A stretch of 64,000 nucleotides of DNA from Candidatus Komeilibacteria bacterium RIFOXYD1_FULL_37_29 (lineage in GTDB: Bacteria; Patescibacteriota; Patescibacteriia; UBA1558; GWA2-36-10), in NCBI GenBank assembly GCA_001818495.1, contig MHKS01000005.1, positions 402,584 to 466,583 of the forward strand. The letters run 5' to 3'. Numbering within the stretch: the stretch's first letter is position 1; every line of letters starts with the position of its first letter. Shown one piece after another: positions 1 through 9,930 of this stretch. The notes beneath the pieces are model-generated. The model ran no database searches. It had not been told where the DNA came from and saw nothing but the letters and a program-made list of their open reading frames with translations. The translations under genes were made by a program, and so were the position numbers.

Positions 1-2
1 CT

Positions 3-827
3 ATTTTAGATGATTTAGCAGTAAAAAATATTCGTATTCCTATTTATTGGGATCAAATAGAGTCGGTTGAGGGGGAATATGATTTTTCTCAATATGATTA
101 TATTTTTGATCAGGGTAAAACTAGAAATGTAAAATTTATTGCTAACATCGGTTTACGCTTGCCACGTTGGCCGGAGTGTCATGCTCCTAGTTGGCTAGAT
201 AAATCTGATCGGAATTTATCTAAAAGAAAAACCATCACTATGCTTAATAAAGCCGTGGAACATTTTAAGGGCCGAGAGGAAATAGTTGCTTGGCAAGTAG
301 AAAATGAACCGCTTTTTGATTGGTTTGGGCAATGTCCTAAAGGCGATAAAGAATTTTTGAAAAAGGAAATAGATTTTGTTAAAAGTCTAGATGACAGTCG
401 TCCGATTATTATTTCCGCTTCCGGCGAACTGGCTTCTTGGGAAGAAGAAGGAAAAATAGCGGATATTTTTGGTACGACAGTTTATCGGGTCGTTTGGAAT
501 AAATGGTTTAAGTATATTCATTATCCTATACCAGCTTGGTATTATCGATTAAAAGCTAGATTTTACGGCATTGATACTAATCGAGCTATTATCGCCGAAC
601 TACAAACAGAACCATGGGTGCCAGAAGGAACTTTGGAAAATTTGGATTTTACCGAATATGATAAATCTTTTTCTCTAGCACAATTTAAAGCTAATTTACA
701 ATTTGCCATTAATGTTGATTTTAAACAAACTTATTTGTGGGGTGTGGAGTGGTGGTATGTCCAAAAAAATAAAGGTAATCCACAATATTGGGATTTGGCT
801 AGAAGCGTTTTTAAAAATAATCAATGA
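3..827 (+). CDS. Glycoside hydrolase, GH5-like (cellulase/mannanase family), 5'-partial at the window edge
   Basis: The reading frame is open from position 3 and continues upstream of the listed ORF (159..827). Its translation contains 'RIPIYWDQIE..GEYDF' and 'WQVENEP', which matches the conserved catalytic NEP acid/base region and N-terminal strand pattern of GH5-type (beta/alpha)8 glycosidases. Confidence 0.55.
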   Translation: MLDDLAVKNIRIPIYWDQIESVEGEYDFSQYDYIFDQGKTRNVKFIANIGLRLPRWPECHAPSWLDKSDRNLSKRKTITMLNKAVEHFKGREEIVAWQVENEPLFDWFGQCPKGDKEFLKKEIDFVKSLDDSRPIIISASGELASWEEEGKIADIFGTTVYRVVWNKWFKYIHYPIPAWYYRLKARFYGIDTNRAIIAELQTEPWVPEGTLENLDFTEYDKSFSLAQFKANLQFAINVDFKQTYLWGVEWWYVQKNKGNPQYWDLARSVFKNNQ

Positions 828-885
828 TCATAGAGTTTGTTTTTTTCTAAAATTTGATATTTTCTTATAAAAATTAATTTATTAA

Positions 886-915
886 AACATCGTTGAGAAA
901 CGATGTTTTTTTCTT
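886..915 (+). terminator. Rho-independent terminator after the GH5-like gene
   Basis: Perfect 9-bp stem aacatcgtt/aacgatgtt with a gaga loop, followed by tttttttcttgtttt. Confidence 0.6.
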
Positions 916-945
916 GTTTTTAATGGGCAATTCTGTTATAATTTA

Positions 946-2832
946 ATGACTATTATTAATATAAAACTAGTGAAGAACAATACAAAGATTGCTATTTTTA
1001 GCCTTTTTGTCTTATTTTGGGCTACCAATGTCAAAGCTTTTACTCAAACTTATACTCCGACCGATCCAAATTTGGTTTATCAAAAGTATTTAGATATGAT
1101 AAATATTGGTCCTAGCTGGTCCAGTGAGCTTAAGTTAAACAAAGAAGTGGTAGTGGCGGTGCTTGATTCTGGAGTGGATTTGGATCATCCAGATTTGGTC
1201 AATAATATTTGGGTAAATGCAGGTGAAATAGCCGGCGATGGTGTGGACAATGATAAAAATTCTTATATTGATGATGTACACGGTTGGGATTTTATTTATT
1301 CTGATGGTGATCCGCAGCCAGATATTGATGGTGAATATGATTTTACAGCGGTTAATCACGGCACCGTAGTGGCCGGAGTGATTGCTGCTACTATTAATCA
1401 AAACGGTATTGTGGGTATTGCTCCTCAAGCAAAGATAATGCCGATTAAAATTTTAGACACCGATGGAACCGGTAATGTCATGGTATTAACGCAAGCGATT
1501 GATTATGCTGTAGAAAACGGAGCGGATGTTATAAATCTGAGTTTAGTGGGGGATACTTATAATGATAATTTAAAAGAGGCAATAATTAATGCTTATAATA
1601 AAGGAGTGATGATTGTCGCTGCTTCTGGAAACGAAGAAAATATCGGTTTGAGTTTGGATATTGATCCGCGCTATCCGATTTGTGAATTGGATAATGTCAA
1701 TCGAGTTTTAGGGGTAGCCGCGGTGGATAGCCACAAAGTTTTAGCTGATTTTTCCAACCATGGTGAAGCTTGTATTGATATTTCTGCTCCTGGTACTGAA
1801 TTTTATTCTACAGTTTTTCAAGACAATTCTAATGAGGTATTTAAAAAATATTATTTAGGTGGTTGGAACGGCACGTCAGTAGCTGCTCCAGTAGTAGCCG
1901 CTACAGCCGCTCTTATCAAAGGGGCATTCCCAGAGTTAAGGCCCTATGATATCTACAATATAATAATCTCCAATGCTACAGATATTAGTGTCCAAAATCC
2001 TATTCACAGTGTTGATTTGGGGGCAGGACTTATCAATGTCGGTCAGGCTCTTAATGCGGCTCAGGACTATTATAATAATTCTCTGAATATAGTTTTGGCT
2101 CCGCAAAAAGGCCTAAAGCCAGAAATACTTTTGCTTGATACGGAAGCCAAATTATTAGAGGTCTTTTTGGCTTATAATGTCGGTTTCACAGGTGGTGTCA
2201 ATGTAGCAGTTGGTGATGTTGATGGTAATGGTCAGGACGAAATTGTGACTGCTCCAATGGCTGGTGGCGGTCCGCATATCAGAGTGTTTGATAAAGACGG
2301 TAATGTTTTGTCCGAATTTTTTGCTTATGACGCCAGCTTTGATGGTGGTGTCAATGTAGCCTTGGGGGATGTTAACAATGATGGTTTAGAAGAAATAGTT
2401 TTATCACCAATGGGCAAACATGTTTCCGAAATAAAAGTATTCAATTATCAGAATAGTCAAAAGGCCAGTTGGTTGGCTTATGACAGCAAAATGACAGCGG
2501 GCGTAAATATATCAGTCGCTGATGTCAACCTTGATGGCTGGCCAGAAATAGTGACTGTACCAGCTAAAAATTATGCTCCCACTGTTAAGGCCTTTAGTAT
2601 GAATGGTCGTCTCAAATCTGAATTTTTAGCCTTTAGCAATGCTTTAACCACTGGCGTAAAAATTTTGGCCAAAGATATATCGGGCGATGGTTTACCAGAA
2701 ATTTTAGTTTGGCCCACCAAAGGAGCAGCCGCCTTACTGCGAGTTTATGATCACAATGGATTAGAGAAAGACAATTTTTATTTAAGAGACGCCCAGGATA
2801 GAAATGGTTATAATCTGGAATTAATAAAATAG
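946..2832 (+). CDS. Secreted subtilisin-like serine protease (peptidase S8) with C-terminal FG-GAP/VCBS-like repeats
   Basis: There is an N-terminal hydrophobic signal/anchor segment. The S8 catalytic triad contexts are present: VAVLDSGVDLDHPDL (Asp), NHGTVVAGVIAA (His), GTSVAAPVVAATAALIKG (Ser). Four C-terminal repeats follow the FG-GAP pattern: DVDGNGQDEIVTAP, DVNNDGLEEIVLSP, DVNLDGWPEIVTVP, DISGDGLPEILVWP. Confidence 0.8.
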   Translation: MTIINIKLVKNNTKIAIFSLFVLFWATNVKAFTQTYTPTDPNLVYQKYLDMINIGPSWSSELKLNKEVVVAVLDSGVDLDHPDLVNNIWVNAGEIAGDGVDNDKNSYIDDVHGWDFIYSDGDPQPDIDGEYDFTAVNHGTVVAGVIAATINQNGIVGIAPQAKIMPIKILDTDGTGNVMVLTQAIDYAVENGADVINLSLVGDTYNDNLKEAIINAYNKGVMIVAASGNEENIGLSLDIDPRYPICELDNVNRVLGVAAVDSHKVLADFSNHGEACIDISAPGTEFYSTVFQDNSNEVFKKYYLGGWNGTSVAAPVVAATAALIKGAFPELRPYDIYNIIISNATDISVQNPIHSVDLGAGLINVGQALNAAQDYYNNSLNIVLAPQKGLKPEILLLDTEAKLLEVFLAYNVGFTGGVNVAVGDVDGNGQDEIVTAPMAGGGPHIRVFDKDGNVLSEFFAYDASFDGGVNVALGDVNNDGLEEIVLSPMGKHVSEIKVFNYQNSQKASWLAYDSKMTAGVNISVADVNLDGWPEIVTVPAKNYAPTVKAFSMNGRLKSEFLAFSNALTTGVKILAKDISGDGLPEILVWPTKGAAALLRVYDHNGLEKDNFYLRDAQDRNGYNLELIK

Positions 2833-2835
2833 TTT

Positions 2836-3534
2836 ATGGAGATTAGTGTAGTTATTCCGGCTTTTAATGAGGTCAAAGACATAGCCAAAACCATTGCCGA
2901 TGTCGGTAGTTATTTAAAGAATCATTTTAGTAGTTTTGAAATAATAGTAGTAGATGACAAATCTAATGATCGTACTTTACAAATAATACAGAGTATTGAT
3001 GGTATTAGAGTTTTAAAAAACTTAAAGAATCATGGCAAGGGCTATGCCGTTGCTAAGGGAATGAAAGCCGCCACTGGTGATTTGTTACTTTTTATGGATG
3101 CTGACAACTCCACCAAAATAAGCGAATTGGACAATTTTTTGTCGGAGCTTAAAAATTATGATGTGGTGATTGCCTCACGGGGACTGAAAGATTCTAAAGT
3201 TACGGTTAGTCAAAATTTTTTAAAAACTAATTTAGGCAGAATGGGTAATTTTTTTAGTCGAATCTTGATTGATGAAAATATTCGAGATACTCAGTGTGGT
3301 TTTAAGCTTTTTAAAAAATCAGCCAAGCATTTATTTGATAAATTGACCATTGAAGGATTTGCTTTTGATTTCGAGTTGATTTTTTTGGCTAGAAAGTATA
3401 AGTTCAAGGTAAAAGAAATGCCGGTTGTCTGGGTAAACAATTTTAACTCGGCTGTTAGATGGTATGATTATCCCAAAACAATGCTCAATTTGATTGGTAT
3501 TAGAATTAATAATTTATTAGGAAAATATAATTAA
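2836..3534 (+). CDS. GT2 glycosyltransferase (dolichyl-/polyprenyl-phosphate sugar transferase-like)
   Basis: VVIPAFNE start, DAD (DxD) motif, about 230 aa; this is the DPM1/GtrB-like architecture. Confidence 0.7.
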   Translation: MEISVVIPAFNEVKDIAKTIADVGSYLKNHFSSFEIIVVDDKSNDRTLQIIQSIDGIRVLKNLKNHGKGYAVAKGMKAATGDLLLFMDADNSTKISELDNFLSELKNYDVVIASRGLKDSKVTVSQNFLKTNLGRMGNFFSRILIDENIRDTQCGFKLFKKSAKHLFDKLTIEGFAFDFELIFLARKYKFKVKEMPVVWVNNFNSAVRWYDYPKTMLNLIGIRINNLLGKYN

Positions 3535-3543
3535 AATAAAAAT

Positions 3544-4566
3544 ATGAAACCATTTATTGAAAATAAAAATGTTTTAGTATTAGGTGGAGCTGGTTTTATT
3601 GGTTCGCATCTTTGTGAAGAATTGGTCAAAAGAGGTGACAATGTAGTTTGTGTAGATAATTTTATTTCTTCCGATGTAGAAAATATCCGGTCACTTTTGG
3701 AATATCCAAATTTTGAATTTATCCGACACAATATTATAGAAAATCTAGAATGGGCCGATGTGCCGGGTCTGCAAAAATTTAAAGTAGAAGTACAGGGTTT
3801 TCAAGAAATATATAATTTAGCTTGTCCGACCTCTCCTAAAGATTATTCCAAGTTTCCCGTTGAAACAGCCACAGCTAATTCAGTGGGAGTAGTCAATAGT
3901 TTAGAGTGGGCCAGAAAATATAAATCTAGATATTTACTTACCTCTACTTCGGCTGTGTATGGTAAACCGCCAGCCGATGGTCGGCCAGTTAAGGAAGATT
4001 ATTATGGTTTAGTAGATTTTTTAGGGCCCCGGGCTGGTTACAATGAAGGTAAGCGTTTTGCTGAAACATTGGTCATGACTTACCAAGATGTTTATCAGCT
4101 CAATACCAGTATCGCTAGAATTTTTAATACTTATGGTCCGCGCATGTTACAACATAGCGGTCGGCAGGTACCTGATTTTATTAGAAATGCCACGGACAAT
4201 AAAGGTATAGAAATAGCTGGCGATGAGAAATCTATTTTGAGTTTTTGCTATGTCAAAGATGTAGTGGAGGGGTTGATTGCTCTGATGGCTTCCGAAATTA
4301 CGGCCCCAGTCAATATTGGCAGTGAGCAGGCACTAACACTGACGGAGGTAGCCCAAAAGATCATTGAAATCACTCGATCTAGCTCAGCTATTAGTTATAC
4401 TAATAAGTATGCGTATGCTATGCAGCCAGCTATACCAGATATTTCCAAAGCTAAAGAAGAATTAAATTGGTTCCCTTTGATTTCTATAGACGAAGGTCTT
4501 AAAGAGGCAGTGGAATATTATAAAGCTACAGCCTTTTTGCACAAACCACGGGTTAATACCATCTAG
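3544..4566 (+). CDS. NAD-dependent sugar-nucleotide epimerase/dehydratase, UDP-glucuronate decarboxylase (UXS)-like
   Basis: Rossmann motif VLVLGGAGFIGSHLCEEL followed by VVCVDNF; SDR-family YxxxK context (SAVYGK); length 340 aa. Confidence 0.7.
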   Translation: MKPFIENKNVLVLGGAGFIGSHLCEELVKRGDNVVCVDNFISSDVENIRSLLEYPNFEFIRHNIIENLEWADVPGLQKFKVEVQGFQEIYNLACPTSPKDYSKFPVETATANSVGVVNSLEWARKYKSRYLLTSTSAVYGKPPADGRPVKEDYYGLVDFLGPRAGYNEGKRFAETLVMTYQDVYQLNTSIARIFNTYGPRMLQHSGRQVPDFIRNATDNKGIEIAGDEKSILSFCYVKDVVEGLIALMASEITAPVNIGSEQALTLTEVAQKIIEITRSSSAISYTNKYAYAMQPAIPDISKAKEELNWFPLISIDEGLKEAVEYYKATAFLHKPRVNTI

Positions 4567-4577
4567 CTATATTTATT

Positions 4578-5489
4578 ATGAAAATATTAGTAACAGGCGG
4601 CGCAGGATTTATTGGCTCTCATTTGGTAGATACATTGGTCAAAGATGGTCACGATGTTTTGGTTATTGATGATTTAAGCACTGGTAAAAAAGAATATGTT
4701 AACAAAAAAGCCAAATTAGAAGTACTAGATATTAGTAGTCCCAGTTTGTCCAAGGTAGTGGCTGATTTTTCTCCAGTCGTGGTTTATCATTTGGCTGCTC
4801 AAAAAAATGTTCGGACATCTTTGGAAAATCCCATGCTTGACGCCAAGATAAATATTTTGGGCTCACTGAATTTATTGACCCAAGCCATAAAAAATAAAGT
4901 TGATAAATTTATTTTTGTCTCGACTGGTGGTATTTATGGTGATACCGATATTTTGCCAACCACTGAAGTGGGAGAGGAGAAACCAATGTCGCCTTATATT
5001 TTAAATAAACTGACTTTTGAAAAATATTTGGCTATCTTATCTCAGGGAAAAATGAAATGGGCAGTGCTGCGACTAGCCAATGTTTACGGACAAAGACAGG
5101 ATCCTTATGGTGAAGCCGGGGTTATTTCTATATTTTTGGATAATGTTATAAAAAATAAAAAGTTATATATCAATGGTGATGGTCAGCAAACCAGAGACTA
5201 TGTTTATATTGCTGATGTGATAAGTGCTCTGACCAAATTTTTATCCTCAGCTGAAGGTCTTTATAATGTTGGTACGGGACGAGAAATATCCTTGTTAGAT
5301 TTGCTAGCTGCTATCAAAAAAATTTCTGGCAGGGAACCGGAGATTCAGTATCGGCCAGCTATTTTAGGAGAGGTCATAAGATCATGTTTGGATTTTAGTA
5401 AAGTTAAACATGATTTGTCATGGCAACCGCAATATGATTTAAAACAGGGTTTAGAACTCACTTATCGTTGGTTTAAAGAAAAAAGGTGA
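4578..5489 (+). CDS. NAD-dependent sugar-nucleotide epimerase (UDP-glucose 4-epimerase-like)
   Basis: ILVTGGAGFIGSHLVDTL, VLVIDDLSTG, 303 aa extended-SDR fold pattern. Confidence 0.65.
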   Translation: MKILVTGGAGFIGSHLVDTLVKDGHDVLVIDDLSTGKKEYVNKKAKLEVLDISSPSLSKVVADFSPVVVYHLAAQKNVRTSLENPMLDAKINILGSLNLLTQAIKNKVDKFIFVSTGGIYGDTDILPTTEVGEEKPMSPYILNKLTFEKYLAILSQGKMKWAVLRLANVYGQRQDPYGEAGVISIFLDNVIKNKKLYINGDGQQTRDYVYIADVISALTKFLSSAEGLYNVGTGREISLLDLLAAIKKISGREPEIQYRPAILGEVIRSCLDFSKVKHDLSWQPQYDLKQGLELTYRWFKEKR

Positions 5490-6154
5490 TGAATATTTTT
5501 GTAATTATACCAGCTTATAATGAAGAAAAAAGAATCGGCCAAGTTTTGGACGATTTGTCTGTTTTTTCCTATCGATTAGTAGTTGTTGATGATGGATCAA
5601 CTGATAATACAGCGGGGGTAGTAGCGGCTTATCCCAAGGTAACTTTATTAAGGCACAAGATAAATCGTGATCAAGGAGCGTCTCTTCAAACTGGCAATCA
5701 ATATGCTCTTGGCGAGCAAGCTGATGTTATTGTTCATTTTGACGCTGATGGCCAATTTTTAGCTTCCGAAATAGAGGATATGGTCAAACCAATTTTAGAA
5801 GAAGGCTATGATATAGTCTTTGGTTCTAGATTTTTGAGCAAAAAATCCAAGCTGCCATTTTTAAAAAGACACATTATTTTTCCCTTAGCTCGCTTGGTTA
5901 ATAGATTGTTTTTGGGAGTTAAAACCAGTGATCCACAAAGTGGTTTTCGAGCTATGACCGCTCAGACAGCCAAAAGTATAAACATTGAGCAAGATGGTAA
6001 AGCCCATTGCTCGGAAATAATGGCCAAAGCTTTTGAACAAAAATTAAAAATAAAAGAAGTGCCGATTACGGTTATCTATAATAGATTTGGTCAGGGGATG
6101 GGACACGGTTTCAAAATTTTAAAGGATATTTTATTTTCTAAAATAAATAAATGA
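5486..6154 (+). CDS. GT2 glycosyltransferase (polyprenyl-phosphate sugar synthase-like)
   Basis: VIIPAYNEE, VVDDGSTDNT, DAD motif; its start overlaps the upstream gene by 4 nt (operon). Confidence 0.7.
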   Translation: MMNIFVIIPAYNEEKRIGQVLDDLSVFSYRLVVVDDGSTDNTAGVVAAYPKVTLLRHKINRDQGASLQTGNQYALGEQADVIVHFDADGQFLASEIEDMVKPILEEGYDIVFGSRFLSKKSKLPFLKRHIIFPLARLVNRLFLGVKTSDPQSGFRAMTAQTAKSINIEQDGKAHCSEIMAKAFEQKLKIKEVPITVIYNRFGQGMGHGFKILKDILFSKINK

Positions 6155-6483
6155 TTTATTTGCAAATTTTACTAACTATCTTTATAGTCTTTATACTTTT
6201 TAAACTGTTTTTACAAAAGCAGAAGAGCCAAATATCTCTGATGTCTTTTTTAATTTGGGTTTTGCTATGGCTAGTGGTACTAGTGGTTTTTTGGTTGCCA
6301 GACTCTACTAGTTATTTGGCCGCTTGGTTGGGTATTGGCCGCGGCGCAGATCTAGCAGTTTATATTTCTATTGTAGTTATTTTTTATATGATTTTTAGAA
6401 TTTTTGTGCGCTTAAATAAGATCGATGAAAATATTACTAAATTGGTAAGAGATGAGGCTATAAAAAATGTTAAAGAAAAGTAA
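6151..6483 (+). CDS. Small polytopic membrane protein (DUF2304/GtrA-like partner of GT2)
   Basis: 110 aa with 3-4 hydrophobic helices; sits directly downstream of, and overlapping, a GT2 gene. Confidence 0.4.
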   Translation: MIYLQILLTIFIVFILFKLFLQKQKSQISLMSFLIWVLLWLVVLVVFWLPDSTSYLAAWLGIGRGADLAVYISIVVIFYMIFRIFVRLNKIDENITKLVRDEAIKNVKEK

Positions 6484-7519
6484 AATATTTATTATCATTC
6501 TTTCCTATAACGGCCGGCAGTATTTTGATGAATTGTTTCCCAATTTGTTGGGAGAAAAATATCAGGATTTGGATGTGCAAATTTTGGTGATAGACAATAA
6601 TTCTACTGATGGATCAGCGGACTATATTAATAGAAATTATCCGGAGGCCAAGGTAATCAGGCAAAAAGAAAATATTGGTTTTGCTGGAGCCAATAATCTT
6701 GGCTATCAGTACGCCAAGGAAAATCAGGCGGATTATATCTATCTACTCAATCAGGATACGGTAGTCACCAGCGGTTTTTTGCGTCCCCTTTATGATTTTG
6801 CCAAGAAAAATAAATTTGGCTCTTTACAATCCAAGCTTCTTTTATGGCCCGATAAAAATAAAATAAATACTATCGGTAATGCTATACATTTTTTGGGTTT
6901 TGGCTATGGACAAGGGGCTAGTCAGATAGATAATCAGCCGCTAGAAATCGTCAAGATAAATTATGCTTCCGGAGCCGGAGTCTTTATATCAATGCACGCT
7001 TTAGATGATTTGGGTTATCTTTTTGACGAAACTATGTTTATGTATTTGGAAGATTTAGATTTGGGTTGGTCCTTAAATATGCTCGGTTATGACAATTATT
7101 TGATACCCAATAGCGTGGTTTACCACAAATATGAATTCAAGCGCAGTATGAAATTATTTTATTGGTTTGAAAGAAATCGTCTGTGGGTGATGCTAAAAAA
7201 TTATAAAATTGGCAGCCTGCTATTGATTTTTCCAGCTTGGCTGATTATGGAGCTTGGCCAATTGGGCTTTACTGTAACTAACGGTAGATTTTGGTCAAAA
7301 ATTAAAGCTTATGGTTTTTTATTTTCTCCTGAACAAATGAAAATACTAATGAAAAAAAGAAAATATATCCAATCTAAACGTCAGCGGAATGACCGGCAAG
7401 TAGTCGGTAAATTTACTGGGATGATTTTATTTCAGCCATTGGATTTGCGGTTGTTAAAAGTAGCCAATGTATTTTTCTTTATTTATTGGCGCTTAGTTAA
7501 ATTATTTATTTTTTGGTAA
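6467..7519 (+). CDS. GT2 glycosyltransferase (rhamnosyltransferase-like)
   Basis: IIILSYNGRQYF, VIDNNSTDGS, DxD-type YLED motif. Confidence 0.65.
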   Translation: MLKKSKIFIIILSYNGRQYFDELFPNLLGEKYQDLDVQILVIDNNSTDGSADYINRNYPEAKVIRQKENIGFAGANNLGYQYAKENQADYIYLLNQDTVVTSGFLRPLYDFAKKNKFGSLQSKLLLWPDKNKINTIGNAIHFLGFGYGQGASQIDNQPLEIVKINYASGAGVFISMHALDDLGYLFDETMFMYLEDLDLGWSLNMLGYDNYLIPNSVVYHKYEFKRSMKLFYWFERNRLWVMLKNYKIGSLLLIFPAWLIMELGQLGFTVTNGRFWSKIKAYGFLFSPEQMKILMKKRKYIQSKRQRNDRQVVGKFTGMILFQPLDLRLLKVANVFFFIYWRLVKLFIFW

Positions 7520-7546
7520 TATTTTGGTCAGTAGCATAATCAATTT

Positions 7547-8692
7547 ATGAAAATAGCAGAAGTAACATCTACTTTTCCACCTTATAAAGCTGGTATGGGC
7601 AATGTGGCTTATTATAATGCCTGGTCTTTGACTACTTTGGGTCATGACGTTACAGTTTTTACTACCAAGTATAAACAAAATGCTTTTTATAGTGACGAAT
7701 ATCCTTTTAAAGTCCAAAGATTGGGTGCTTGGTTTAAATACGGTAATGCCGGGATTTTACCGCAGTTATTTTATAAACTGCACAATTTTGATGTTATTCA
7801 TTTGCATTATCCTTTTTTTGGTGGCGCGGAAATTATTTATTTTTTGGATAAGATAAAGGATTTAAATTTGGTGGTGACTTATCATATGGATGTAGTGGGT
7901 CGGGGGCTGGCTTCCAAATTTTTTAAGTGGCATCAAAATTATGTTACGCCAAAAATTTTGGATCGAGCTGATAAGATTATTGTTACTTCTTATGACTATG
8001 CTCGAAATTCCAATTTGAAGAATCGTTTGGAAGCTGAGCCAGAAAAATTTGTAGAAATTCCCATTGGTGTCAATCAACTACTATTTAAACCCCGCTATCG
8101 TGATAGTAAAATTATTGACCAATATGACTTATATAATAAAAAAGTGATTCTCTTTGTTGGCGCTTTAGATAAAGCGCATTATTTTAAAGGCGTTAATGTC
8201 TTGATACAGGCTATAAAAAAATTAAATGCGCGAGATGATTTTAAGGTGATAATTGTCGGCGAGGGCGATTTGCGCCAAAGTTATCAGAGTGTGGTGGATA
8301 GTTTGGGGCTCAGTCGAAAGATTGTTTTTACCGGATTTGTCAGTGATGATCTGTTACCAAAATTTTATAGCGTGGCCAATATGTTGATTTTACCATCGAC
8401 TGACAAATCAGAAGCTTTTGGTACGGTTTCTTTGGAGGCCATGGCTTCAGCTGTGCCGGTAATTACTAGTGATTTACCAGGTGTGCGTTCAGTAGTAGAA
8501 AAGAAAAAAACTGGTCTTTTAGTAAAACCAGGCAATGTGGATAATCTAGCGGACATGATTGAATATTTGTTGAAAAATCCAGCGGTGGCCAAAGAGTATG
8601 GTCGAGCCGGTCGAGAAAAAATATTAGAAAAGTATACCTGGGATAAAATTACTACCAAACTGGATGACCTCATAAAATCTATTACCAAATGA
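7547..8692 (+). CDS. GT4 (GT-B fold) glycosyltransferase
   Basis: C-terminal EAFGTVSLEAMASAVPVITSD, the E-x7-E / GT4 nucleotide-sugar-binding signature. Confidence 0.7.
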   Translation: MKIAEVTSTFPPYKAGMGNVAYYNAWSLTTLGHDVTVFTTKYKQNAFYSDEYPFKVQRLGAWFKYGNAGILPQLFYKLHNFDVIHLHYPFFGGAEIIYFLDKIKDLNLVVTYHMDVVGRGLASKFFKWHQNYVTPKILDRADKIIVTSYDYARNSNLKNRLEAEPEKFVEIPIGVNQLLFKPRYRDSKIIDQYDLYNKKVILFVGALDKAHYFKGVNVLIQAIKKLNARDDFKVIIVGEGDLRQSYQSVVDSLGLSRKIVFTGFVSDDLLPKFYSVANMLILPSTDKSEAFGTVSLEAMASAVPVITSDLPGVRSVVEKKKTGLLVKPGNVDNLADMIEYLLKNPAVAKEYGRAGREKILEKYTWDKITTKLDDLIKSITK

Positions 8693-9930
8693 AAATCGGG
8701 ATAATTTCCAATGTCTATCCGCCTTTTATCAGGGGTGGAGCAGAAATAATAGCGGCTATGCAAGCGCAGGGCTTAAAGAGTAACTGGCAACATGTTTTTG
8801 TAATATCTAGCCGACCAGCCAAAGTTAAAGTGATTGGCGCTTCTATATTTACTAGTGGCGTTTGGTCTACCACCATTGATACGGTTGATGATATTGATGT
8901 TTATCGTTTTAATCCCAATAATATTTATTATTATTTGGATGATTTTAAGTATCCTTCTTTTGTTCGTCTATTTTGGCATCTCCTGGACACTTTTAATATT
9001 TTTTCTTATTTTAAAGTTAAAAATATTTTATTCAAGGAAAAGCCGGATGTAATCATTACCCATAATCTGATGGGCATTGGATTTTTGATACCAAAATTGA
9101 TCAAGAAATTAAAAATAAAACATGTGCACATCTTACATGATGTGCAACTGATTACTCCTTCGGGGTTGATATTAAAAGATAAAGAAGAGGCTACTAGTCA
9201 CAAGTTTTTTAAAATGATTGCTTATCCCAAGTTGATGAATTATCTAATGGCTACTCCGGATATTGTGATTTCTCCTTCCAAGTTTTTATTTGATTTTTAT
9301 AAAAAGAATAATTTTTTTGTAAAATCCAAAAAATTTGTGTTGCCCAATCCGATTAAAGCTTTGGTTAAATTGAATAAGCAAAATAATCCGAATTTGCACT
9401 TGGTTTATCTAGGACAGATCAATAAAGCTAAAGGAGTCTTAGATCTAATAGAGAGTTTTGCTAAAATAAAATTACCGCATATTAGATTGGGTATTGTGGG
9501 AGTGGGAGAGGATTTGAGTAAAGCCAAACGGCTTAGTCAAGGTGATAATAGGATAAAATTTTACGGCTGGCTAAATCACGAGAAACTAGGACCGCTTTTG
9601 TCCAAAGCCGATATAGTAGTAGTCCCATCTTTGTGTTATGAAAATTCTCCAACCGTTATTTATGAAGCCTTGAGTATGGGACTACCAGTTTTAGCCGCCG
9701 ATATTGGGGGAAACAGTGAGCTGATTAAAGAGGGTTTTAATGGCTGGGTTTTTCCAGCGGGGCAGTTTGAAGTGTTAAATAAAAAGATAATTAGTCTTTA
9801 TCAGCAAAGAGAAAAAATAAGCTCTATGGCCGATAATTGCCGGCGGAGCGTTAGTAATTGTGTTTTGGATAACTATACTATTAATTTACTCAAAATTATA
9901 AATGATGAATATCAGACTGACGCACAATAA
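8689..9930 (+). CDS. GT4 (GT-B fold) glycosyltransferase
   Basis: ENSPTVIYEALSMGLPVLAAD signature; overlaps the upstream stop. Confidence 0.65.
   Translation: MKIGIISNVYPPFIRGGAEIIAAMQAQGLKSNWQHVFVISSRPAKVKVIGASIFTSGVWSTTIDTVDDIDVYRFNPNNIYYYLDDFKYPSFVRLFWHLLDTFNIFSYFKVKNILFKEKPDVIITHNLMGIGFLIPKLIKKLKIKHVHILHDVQLITPSGLILKDKEEATSHKFFKMIAYPKLMNYLMATPDIVISPSKFLFDFYKKNNFFVKSKKFVLPNPIKALVKLNKQNNPNLHLVYLGQINKAKGVLDLIESFAKIKLPHIRLGIVGVGEDLSKAKRLSQGDNRIKFYGWLNHEKLGPLLSKADIVVVPSLCYENSPTVIYEALSMGLPVLAADIGGNSELIKEGFNGWVFPAGQFEVLNKKIISLYQQREKISSMADNCRRSVSNCVLDNYTINLLKIINDEYQTDAQ

Noticed and set aside
1135-1428. Antisense 97-aa ORF inside the S8 protease gene, and similar short antisense or alternate-frame ORFs (3531..3731, 7502..7717, 7644..7856, 8834..9052, 11702..11908, 14936..15142, 19337..19681, 22735..23184, 52536..52982, 60812..61114)
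   Set aside because: Low-complexity I/L/S-rich translations of AT-rich DNA that overlap well-supported genes, with no motifs.
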